Assembly: GCF_000150275.1 (NCBI RefSeq)
Contig: NW_002060964.1
Location: 787,115-851,114, forward strand
Reading direction: 5' to 3'
DNA length: 64,000 nt
From: Trichoplax adhaerens
Taxonomy: Eukaryota; Animalia; Placozoa
Shown here: piece after piece, positions 1 to 12,000 of the stretch
Numbering within the stretch: position 1 is the stretch's first letter
Layout: every line of letters starts with the position of its first letter
The notes under the pieces: model-generated
Told to the model about the DNA's origin: nothing
Seen by the model: only the letters and a program-made list of their open reading frames with translations
Databases searched by the model: none
Translations under genes and position numbers: made by a program

Positions 1-3000
1 CTTCACTAAATTTTCCTTGTTTATTTAGAAAACCACTTAATGATGAGTGTACCGATGAATTTGCGTTGAAGATAACTGATCTTCGACTTTCTAAATTTCT
101 TATTAATCGCTACAGAGGATAAAATTGGTAAAATGTAAGATAAAAGATGTTATCGCTAGAAATACTAGCTATACTATATTATTGTAAAGTAGCTAACCTG
201 ATTTTGTGCCAACTGTTCTTTTATGTTTGCAGATGGATAATCCACAGATAATCTATTGGGCATTGCATGTAACTCAATTTCATCAAGCCAACATAGAATA
301 TCTTTCATCTGTTGCGTAAATTTTTCTCGGTCTTCCTGTATTTTTCGTATTTTCTCATGGCAAGTTTGAAAAGTACTAGTTAATTCATCTATTCTATTAG
401 CAGATGTAGTTAGATGTGAATCGATATCCTGATTTGATAAGCCGTTCCTTTCATTTCGTTGCAAAATTCGATTCAGCGATTGTCTACTTGATTGGCAGGT
501 TTCCAGTAAACGCTATATAATAAAGTTTATTAAATTGTTAACAGAGTGAAAATGTATATTAGCAGTTTTGATCGATTAGCTTCTAAGACTGAATATTCTC
601 TATAAGTGTTAAGCTGATTTATACCGTATAAACACCTTTTGCCAACTACCTCGTGTGTCACTATAGCGTATATGTAAAGATAATATATATATAGTACAGT
701 TCATTACATATGCAATATTATAGCTTCATCTTACCGAACATTTGGAATCATTTTGCAAAATGACTTCGAAGCTGTCATAATATGGCTCTTTTAAAGTGTC
801 TAATAATGTCTCTAATTCGTTGATCTTACGGTTAAGTTCCTGACATGTATTTTGTAATTCCCGAATATCACTACGACGCTCTGGAGATACAGTCGCAATA
901 GCCATATTACTTCCACTACCACTGTAAGCACGATCTCTGAAGTAGTCCTGTGATGGTAATGTATCTCTTCTGAGTGGCATTGAAACATTAATGTCTTCGT
1001 CTGCTACTGACGACCTGTGATAGTTGAGACTAGTAGGATTACCATTCAAATACGATAATATTTTTTCGGCATCAGTTATAGATGATGTAGAGGAGCTTAA
1101 AGTTGGACGTACTGCATGCGTTGGCGATCGCGCTGACATCGACGATTGTGGACGTTCCACTTCAGGTAAGGCATAATAACCAGAAGACGTCGGCATAGGT
1201 GTTGCAGATCTATGTCTACTGTGGCGGTTATAGTTAGGTGCAGCACCATATGAACTTTGGTAATAAGCAAAATCTTCTCGTCCTTGAATAGCACTACCTT
1301 TATATCTATTATCAATAGCATCTGTTCTCGTCTTTGGATGTACCGTTTTGGTAGGATAATAACGTTCTGACATACTTGAGTGAGGGCGATTGCTGTAAGG
1401 ACTTGGAGTAAGCGATCTAGATGTTTGTATTCGATCAGGTGAAATTTCTGCCATAGGATAAGTTGAACTTGATCGAGAGGGTGATGGTCTCTCCATATCA
1501 TTAACGAACGGTTCTAAACCGTAAACTTCTTGCAGTATAGGACTTTCAGATTTAGGTGGGATCATCATCTGTCGGTCATTTATTGGCGCATTCGGTGGAA
1601 TTTGATTAATATCATCAACATAATCTTCATTAATTAGTTTATACCCTTCTGGATCAGCATCGACCAAATCTATAGCATCTGGTGATAGTTGAGCAGCTAC
1701 ATGATGCACACCTTCATTAATATTGATTTGCGTAAAAGGCAAACACATATCTTCGTTGCATTTATCCAAGTAATCTGTTATACGACTACTTAATTCTTCA
1801 TACTGTAGGGTTATATCATCAATTTCTTGCTGAATATTAATAGAATCTTCTGTATCACAATGTTTAATTAATTTACGCCCAACTTCGGCTAAAATACTTA
1901 AATTAGATAGATGCTCGTCCATGCTTGTTTCAATTCTCTTGACTTTAAGAGCAATGTCTTTCGTTTGCTTCGGACTATGAGGTGAGCTGTTTATCATAAT
2001 ATTAATCCTTTCTTCCATGTTAGCTAGCCAGTTTCGGACACCTTTCTTATTTTCTGTGAACTGGTCAAACAGTGCTTTATTTAACTTACCTTGAATAGAT
2101 CGTTTAACTGCCAATGCATCTTTACGCAAGTTAATCCATTTCTTACGCAATTCATTAACATTTTCTTTTAATGCTATGCTAACACTGTCGTCAAGAGAAC
2201 GTCGAATTTGCTCATAATGCAATATTAGATTATCCAATAATGTTTTTCTAGTAGCTATTTCTCGACAAATAGTTTCAATTTCCACAGCAGCATCGTCCTC
2301 ATCCTTACTGGCCATTTCAAGAAGTTGATGTACTATTTCATTTTTGTCATGAATCCAATTTTCAAATTCCTGACGATTATCATTAAATTTAGACCAAAAA
2401 TTGAAAGCATCCTTAGCACTAGTTACACGATTATTGGATCGTTTACATATAACTTTCCAACGATTATCAACATCGTTCATTGTAGTTGCTAAGATTCGAA
2501 CATCTTCTTCCGTAGCGCAAACGTCGGGATCATTTAATAACTTACGATAAATATCCAGTACTGCTTCAATTGAACTAGATTTTTGCAATACTTCACGTTG
2601 AATATTTTCCTCGTCTGTTAAACTCTTTCTTAACTCATTCACTTGTAGCGATTGGATAGACCTTGGTGATGCTAGTTTACCTTCCAATTCAACTAGCCAA
2701 GCAAGTAAACTTTTTACTCCTGTTTGCAATTTTATTAGTGCCTTAACGGTCTCAGTTAGTTTAGCGTGACGATTGATAAGTCGATGATAAACATCATGCC
2801 AGCGTTCTTGTACCATAGCTTGCTTCTCAATTATTAAACGGCATACCTCTTTACTACCAATTTTTTTCAACTTTTCAGCATGTTCGATTAATTCTTTCTT
2901 TTGAACTTCTAAGTCATCCATTTTAGGTAAATAAGTATCATTAATAATATTCAATTGTTCTTTGGGGCCTGCAGCTTGTGCTAAGTCTTTCGAGAATGTT

Positions 3001-6000
3001 AAATTAATTTCATTTAAACATCCAATAAGTGTCTGATATTTTTCCATAAATTCAATCCAAGTATGATGCTGTTCATCATCTTTACCCTTATCGACTAACA
3101 GCATACTTTGAGTTGTAGTCCATTTTTCCGTTAAATCATGAAGTATTTGTGCAATATCTGTCAATTCGTCGTCAGTAAGAAAAGAACTCGATTTCAGAAA
3201 TGCTATTGCGTCTACAGTTTTGTCATATAACTGTCGATGATTGTTCATTTCCATTTCCAATTTTTCAAATCGTTGCGAATAATCGGCCCAATTATCGTTA
3301 CTGTTAACTGTTTGTTTACGCTGTAATTCTGTACTAACTCTTTGAAGCATTATCATTATACTCTGACTTCCTTGCTTAATTGTATTCCATCTCTCGTACG
3401 TTTCACTTAATTCTTCTAATTTATCACTAATATGGCCTTTAAGCTCTTGCCATTTTTGCTTTAAGTCGCTATCTTCATTTTGTAATAATTGTTGCGTATT
3501 GTCAGTACAGGATTTAATTAAATTCTGGCTACATCCATGCATGATGTTCATTTTCTCGCCATTTCTACTTAGCAATTCGCTCATCGATTTATATTTATTA
3601 TACTTTGCCTTTACTACTGCATACCCTTTGACGTCAGTACAATCTTCATCGTCACACATTGAAGCTATCTCTTGTACAAATTCAGATAGTTCATCTTTAA
3701 CAGTTTGATATTGCATCCAATATTCAATAACAAGTTCAAGTTGGACCTTTCTATCCTTCTGTGTAGCACATAGCTTAGACCATGACTTGGTTAAAATATT
3801 GATAGTCTGTTGTAGATCACCTACATTGTCAGTACTTGTACTAGCAACAGCTTCTTTTCTTTCCAATAAATTTTGAATAGCTTCTCGGTGGGCATCAGCT
3901 TCGGTTTCAAATAATGTATGCTTCTCCAATTCATGCTTGATGATACTTATACTATCAGGCTTTGTAGATAAAACAACTGCCATTGGTTTACCTAAATTGA
4001 GCGTTTCAACAATATTTTCCATAAAGATTAGCCATTTTTTGACGTCTTCTTCTAATATACAAATATTATCGACGAAATCTTCAACCGTATGATACTCTGA
4101 AGTTGTATTGCATAAAATATTCACCCAGCGCTCATTAATATCATCAACAGCTGCAGCAAAATTTGCAATTTCAGCAGCTTCGACTTCTGCATTAAAGATA
4201 TTCTCAGCTAAGTAATTAATCTCATTGAGTAATAACTGACGATTGTCTAGACGACTTAATAGTGATTGCAATTCCATTTGCGCTTTCTGAACCTCTTCTT
4301 CACTTCTATCAGGATCAGACACAAGGTGCATGACTTCTTCAGTTTGTTTCATCCATGATACAAATATCTTACTTGTTTCATCAAATTGTGTTACATAACT
4401 TTTAACCTTTTGTAAATTTTGCCAGTTTGATGTAATTTCGGAGCAAAAATTACTCCAGCTATTAGTTACTTCAGTTTTAACTGGCAAGATATACTTCTGA
4501 TAAGAGTCAACACGAGACTTTATTGCATTCGCTAATGATTCAAATGAATTAATTCGATCTTGATAGTCATTAACTTGAGATAAAAATTTCTCACACGTTT
4601 CCAACTGGGAATCTAATGTATTTTCATTATTATTCTGCTTCGTAAACTTATCGTTTTCCGCAGATTTTAACCATTTTCTAACATCATCCTCTTCCTCTTG
4701 AAATTGTTTCCATAATGCAATTGTATTACATATCTCTTCTTTCTTTTTAATTAATGAGCTGCCAGCAGTAGTCCAACGGGCTAAAACTTCCACTGTATCT
4801 TCTTTAATTCGAGGTACAACATTGGAATCACATTTATCTTCTAACAATTGAGTTACTGTTGACATATTCTCAATGATCGGCTGTTGCAATAGCATGTCAG
4901 CATGTAGGATGTCTAAGTTACTTAAATGCTGCTGAAGTCCACTAAGATCACTAGTAATGGGATCATTGCAACATTTATTTATAAGTTGTTCAGCTTCATT
5001 TACGCGTTCGGTTGTATCAGTTAATGTGCTACGACATTTATTAATTAAAGTGTCGTCTACATTAGTACTATCTTGCTCTTTATTCATATCAACTAACAAT
5101 TCATTCCATCCATCGAAGGTTGTTGCTATACCAGTCGAAATATCGTCATTAGATAAATTTAATATACCGCTATTTGTAAGTTTCGGTTTTTTCATATATT
5201 CTTCCGATTCTTCAATTGGTGATGTCAACTGAAGGCATTCATCAATTGCTGAAATCAAATTATCTTTATTACTTTCCGCATCAGCGGTATCGAACGTCTT
5301 CTTTTCTTGTGAAATAACTTCATTTAATTCCTTAACAGAACCTTGAAAGTTGTGGAGCAATTGTACTGCATCTTCTAGCATCGCTTCCTTACCGGCTGCT
5401 TTGTGAACATAGTCTAACCATTTACAATAAGCAATTTTGGTATCTTCTTCTGGACAATCATCGTCGTTAACGCTATCCGCTGATTCATCATTAGATACAG
5501 ATTTCATCATAATCAATGAATTTTTTAGATATTCTAAGTGTGTTGGCTTAATTAGCAATTGCTGCTTTAGTTCCGTTGCTTTCTCTAATCTTTCCATTGC
5601 TAAAGCCTCCGAATAGTTCATTTGATACTGATCCATATGGAATGAAAGGTCACTACCAACTCTGCTCCTCCAGTCTATCTTATCAATAATATCACCTCGT
5701 AATTGCTTGATAGATCCTGAAACTTCTTTAATTTCATCACATTTTCGAGTCAATTCTTGCCAGTTGGATTTTACGGACTCTAACTTTTCCGATATAGTAT
5801 CGTTACTTTGATATTTATCCTTACTAAGGCATTTCTGGCCAAATTCTATGATCTTGTTGGTTACTGGTTGCAGTAATTCCTTCGATCTTGCATCATTTGT
5901 CGTTTCAATGGTAGACTCATCATCTTGAATAGCATTATTTTCCGATTCTGATGGTTTTATTCCGTTGCTACCATAATCTTTAGGTTGAGCGTTTACTAAT

Positions 6001-9000
6001 TCTTTCAGGTCACTTTGCTTCTGTTGGATAATATTTCCCAAGGATAATAGTTGCTTCCTCGTTTTTTCCTCCTGATTTTTAAGATTTGGAGCTAAAGGCT
6101 CATCATTTAAAATTTGAACATCTACTCTTAACGATTCGCTGACATCTTGATATTCTTCTAGTAAACTTTCTAACTTTTCAAGCTTTTCTATTTCTTGTTC
6201 AGCATCTTTCCTTGTAAGTGTAGCAGGTACTTGAGATACCTGCATTAACGCTTGATTGGACCATTTCGTGATGGCAGCACAACTATCATCGAATTTCTTC
6301 CATGTAGTAAATATTGAATCGAGCTTTTTATGCATATCCTGAATGCTTTCATAGTCTTTAGTCTGTAGTAGAGATTCTTCGCTCGATGCAAGACTTAACG
6401 ATACAATTGATCCGTGGGACGGTGATTTCATCGGCCTTCTAGCTAATTCGACATTAAATTCTTCTTCGAAAGCTTTCAATTGTCTTTTCATTTCTTTAAC
6501 ATTTTTTGGATTGAAATTTTTACAGAAATGATCAAGTTTGAAATCAACATTTTCTGATGTAGTTTTATCTCTTTCTTGGTTCCTACGATGGCCGATTTCG
6601 TAGGCAATTCGCTGGTGGATTAGATCTAAGTTTTGATCTATGCGTTGTACCCTACTGATGGGTTCCGTTGACATAGCTTTTTCTTTCCTTGATTTAGGAG
6701 AAAGACCATATTCAGCTAAAATCTTCTGAATGTCGCGATGATGCTGTTCTAAACTGTTGTTAACATCTTCTAGCTGAGTTACAAGATGTTTCTGGTCGGT
6801 GTCTTCTTTCAAACAATCCAAAGTTTGATGTAATACACCTAAGCATTTATCAGCGACTACTGAACAATTCTGTAGTACTTCAACGTCGTCTGAGTTCTCT
6901 ATCTCGTTATTGGGCTCATCCATTTGAGCAGGATGATCTGGTGAGAGCGCATTTTGTGGCGGTGTATCCGTTCGCATGGTATTACAATCAGCCTCAACGA
7001 TGGATGTTATATTGGTCATAAATGAAAGAATTGTATCTTCTACACTGACTGATGGATCATCCATAGAAGTACTTCCACATAAATCGTAGTAACTTTGACT
7101 TTTGGCAGAGTATTCATATTTTTCCGAAACGGAGATATCTGAACTACTTTCAGCGCCACTTTTCATGCCTTTAAGATCTAAAGTAGTTTCAAATCCCTTT
7201 GATTTGTCGATAGTGATATCAGGTTGGGATAGTTGCGATTTGTAGAATGGAGGATCGGATTTTTCCATTTCCTTAGCTACCTTACCTGAAGGAAGGTCAC
7301 CACTAGTGTTAGACTGTTGATCAGCACTTGGTATCGTCTGGGAAGGCATATTAGTCACATTAGACGTGGTTTTCATCGCGTCATCATCAAATTGCTTAAA
7401 AAGCCTATCCCAATCGTGAACTTTAGTTTCTAAAGGCTTTTCGGCTACTGCTAAAACAATTTCTGATTCTTCTATCGGTGCATTCTTGAGGTTTTGTGCC
7501 TGTCTCTGGTTCGTGGGGTAGATCTCATCGACAGGCACAACTTGATTAAGATTATTTGAACTAGCAGACACAGGCGAATGAATCTGTTGTTTGCCATCAC
7601 TTTTCATCGCATGTTTTGGAACACTTTGTTGATCTTCCTTATTCTTACTTTGATTAGTTACCACAGTTGCTTTTTGCAAATTATGAACTTGTGGGCAAGC
7701 TGCAGCTTGAACGTTGTCATCATTGATAGTATCACTTGCTGCAGTCGATTTATCATCTGGATCGAGCCGCATAAGAAATTTAAACAGGCTAATTTTATGC
7801 TCCTGTTGTTCAACATTCTGCGGTTGAATTTGATGATCCGAGGGTACTTCAGATGACGAATCCTTTACAAAAGCAAAAGGTTGGTTTTCGTTTTGAGGTA
7901 TCTTCGTCGCATCCGCAATGTGATCAGGAAGGGCTTCAGTTAATTCCGAATCTCCACGTACGTTTTCTTCCCTGACATTCAATTCGATTATATCATTTCG
8001 ATGTAGTAAGCTTTCCTTTAAAAGAATTGATCTTATTGTCTGTATATCGTCGTCATCGCTTTCCTGATCAGTATTGGTATCAGCTGCCATTCCAGAAGAA
8101 GTTGGAGAAAGTAATTCATTGCCGATCACATCGGCATCATTACTCTTAGGCGGTGCAGTTTCATCGACTACAGACTGCTCCGAAATTATATTCTCATTCG
8201 AAATTTCAGGGTTCTTAATTGCATCTTGAGCCTCGGAGGGCAAACTATTTTCTACAGGTTGCAGCTTAGATTCATCAGTTAATTCCACGTCTCCATCAGT
8301 ATTATCTTGTACTTTCAGGGAATTTTCACTATTTGTATCTTCGGCAGCAGCTATGTCCATTTTTACTTCGTTACCAACGAATTCATTTGGCGAACAATCT
8401 GTATCAAGGGTATCTTGCATTTTGGGAAAATTTTCATTTTTGGTATCTTTAGGAGTCACGATATTCATACTCGTATCGCTGTTAACGAAATTATGCGATG
8501 TGGCTGCATCAACATTCTCTTGTCTTCTCAAAGATTTTTCATGATTCGCGTCCACGATAGCACTGATGGAGGTATTTGCTTCGTAGTCGACCAAATCATC
8601 CGGTAGGCGATTAGCTGCGGTACTACCGTAATCGTCATCAGCGTTCGAGCCATCCTCATCAGTATTTACTAATTGCTCAGCATCGCTACCATCGTCATGA
8701 TCGTTGTTTTCTTCAGTAACTAATAATTCTTCATCTGAATGTTGGCTGAGCGATACTCCATCTTGGCTATCATCAATGTTATTTGATTCTACGCCAGCAT
8801 TCATATCGCTGGAGACCGCCACTGCTTCTTGCGGTGAATAAGATTCATTTGTATATGCTTCTGAACCGACTTCCTCATCTGCCGAAAGATTCTGTCCATC
8901 CTGAAATACGAGTTCGAATTCTGCGGAAGAAGTCGTTACACTAGTTTGTAAACTATCATCATCATTAATAGAACTTTCTTTGCCATGATCTACTGTAGTA

Positions 9001-12000
9001 TCTCCAGCTTCATCAGTATGTGATAGACTATTACGATCTGTAGACGGCAATTGACTATCTCTAGCCTCCTCATTATCAACATTCAACCGTTGTTTAGCTT
9101 TATAAGACTCGATATCACTTGTCTCATATTCAACAGAATAACCAGACTCGGACTGATTTTCTACCTGGTCAGCCAAGTAGTCCGATAAATCTCCAATATC
9201 ACTTCCTCCATCATCCTTGCTTGAATGTGTAGAATTTTCTCTGTTAACAGCTAAGTCAGAAGACGATTTTTCATCATCTAACGTTAATTCCTCTTGCATT
9301 ACAGGCCTTCTAATTTGACTATCAGTACTATCGAGGTCAGTATTTATTTCACCTTCATCCCCTCGATATTCACCAAGTTCATTGCTATCATTCTTGCTTG
9401 TATTTTCTTTCGGTAACTCTTCTTTTTGGTACAAATTGTCGCCTATAACATTAGACATAAGATCTGAGCTATCGGCAGTATTCGATGATAATGTTTCCGC
9501 CGTGTTGATACTTTCTGGCTCGATAGTGTTATGCACAGCATCGGTTTTGTTGGTGCTCGGTTTGTAAAATTCATCAATATTATTTAAACTCGATTTTTTC
9601 GTATCATTATCGTGATCTACTGCAGGTACTTGTATTCCAGATACTCTCTCATCGCTAGTTCTATCATCTGAACTTGATTTTTCCGTATCATCATGGTGAC
9701 CTACTACAGGCATTTGTGTTTCAGGCGCTTTCTCATCGGTATCTCTATCAGATGAACCTGTTTTTTCTGTATCGTCATAGTAATCTACTGGAGGTACTTG
9801 TGTCCAAGATGCTTTCTCATCGGTAACTTTATAAGATAAACCTGTTTTTTCTACATTTTCATAGTGATCTACTACAGGTTCTTGTGTTCCGGATGCTTCA
9901 ATATCGGTAACACTATGAGATGGATTCGATTTTTCCGTATCATCAGGGTGATCTACTGCAGTTACTTGTGTTCCAAATACTTTCTCATCGGCAACTCTAC
10001 CAGATGAGCCCGATTTTTCCCTACGATCAGAGTGATCTACAGCAGGTACTTGTATTTCAGATGCTTGCACATCGGTAACTGTATGAGATGGATTCGATTT
10101 TTCCGTATCATCAGGGCAATCTACTGCAGATTCTCGTGTTCCAAATGCTTTCTCATCGGCAACTCTACCAGATGAACCCGATCTTTTCCTACGATCAGAG
10201 TGATCTACTGCAGGTACTTGTGTTTCAGGTGCTTTTACATCTGTAACTGTATGAGATGGATTCGATTTTTCCGTATCATCAGGGTGATCTACTGCAGTTA
10301 CTCGTGTTCCAAATGCTTTCTCATCGGCAACTCTACCAGATGAACTCGATCTTTTCCTACGATCAGAGTGATCTACTGCAGGTACTTGTGTTTCAGGTGC
10401 TTTTACATCTGTAACTGTATGAGATGGATTCAATTTTTCCGTATCATCAGGGTGATCTACTGCAGATACTCGTGTTCCAAATGCTTTCTCATCGGCAACT
10501 CTATCAGATGAGCCCGATCTTTTCCTACGATCAGAGTGATCTACTGCAGGTACTTGTGTTCCAGGTGCTTTTACATCTGTAACTGTATGAGATGGATTCG
10601 ATTTTTCCGTATCATCAGGGTGATCTAATGCAGTTACTCGTGTTCCTAGTACTTTCTCATGGGTAACTCTATCAGATGAGCCCGATTTTTCCCTACGATC
10701 AGAGTGATCTACTGCAGGTACTTGTGTTTTAGATGCTTTCACATCGGTAGCTCTATGAGATGGATTCGATTTTTTCGTATCAGGATGATCTACTGCAGGT
10801 GCTTTTTTATCTATAACTCTATGAGATGGATTCGATTTTTCCGTATCATCAGGGCGATCTACTGCAGGTACTCGTGCTCCAAATACTCTATCAGATGAGC
10901 CCGATTTCTTCCTACGATCAGGGTGATCTACTGCAGGTACTTGTACTTTAGATGTTTTCACATCGGTAACTCTACGAGATGGATTCAATTTTTCCGTATC
11001 ATCAGGGCGATCTACTGCAGTTCCTCGTGCTCCAAATACTTTCTCACGGGTAACTCTATCAGATGAGCCCGATTTTTTCCTACGCTCAGAGTGATCTACT
11101 GCAGGTACTTGTACTTTAGATGTTTTCACATCGGTAACTCTACGAGATGGATTCGATTTTTCCGTATCATCAGGGCGATCTACTGTAGATGCTCGTGCTC
11201 CGAATACTTTCTCATGGATGACTCTATTAGATGATCCCGATTTTGTCCTACGATCAGAGTGATCTACTGCAGGTGCTTGTGTTCCAGGTGCTTTCTTATC
11301 TGTAACTCTATGAGATGAATTCCATTTTTCCGTATCATCAGAGCGATCTACTGTAGCTGCTCGTGCTCCGAATACTTTCTCATGGGTAACTCTATCAGAT
11401 GATCCCGATTTTTTTCTACGATCAGAGTGATCTACTGCAGGTGCTTGTGTTCCAGGTGCTTTCTTATCTGTAACTCTATGAGATGAATTCCATTTTTCCG
11501 TATCATCAGGGCGATCTACTGTAGATGCTCGTGCTCCGAATACTTTCTCATGGGTAACTCTATTAGATGAGCCCGATTTTTTCCTACGATCAGCGTGATC
11601 TACTGCAGGTGCTTTGCAGGTGCTTTCTTATCTGTAACTCTATGAGATGAATTCCATTTTCCCGTATCATCAGGGCGATCTACTGTAGATGCTCGTGCTC
11701 CGAATACTTTCTCATGGGTAACTCTATTAGATGAGCCCGATTTTTTCCTACGATCAGAGTGATCTACTGCAGGTGCTTGTGTTCCAGGTGCTTTCTTATC
11801 TGTAACTTTATGAGATGAATTCCATTTTTCCGTATCATCAGAGCGATCTACTGTAGATGCTCGTGCTCCGAATACTTTCTCATGGGTAACTCTATTAGAT
11901 GAGCCCGATTTTTTTCTACGATCAGAGTGATCTACTGCAGGTGCTTGCTTATCTGTAACTCTATGAGATGAATTCGATGTTTCTGTATCATCAGGGTCAT

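Noticed and set aside
726-11129. 3467-aa ORF as a stand-alone gene starting at 11129
   Set aside because: Its start is a GTG (Val) inside the repeat array. The frame is open upstream to about 11624, and the end runs through a splice donor at 735. It is part of the nesprin giant exon.
11655-11665. G_GGA_AAA slippery heptamer unique to the repeat unit just upstream of the nesprin frameshift (programmed -1 frameshift idea)
   Set aside because: The -1 frame from that site reads GGG AAA ATG GAA TTC ATC TCA TAG and stops before reaching the downstream ORF. The real overlap window (about 11603-11627) has no canonical slippery heptamer.
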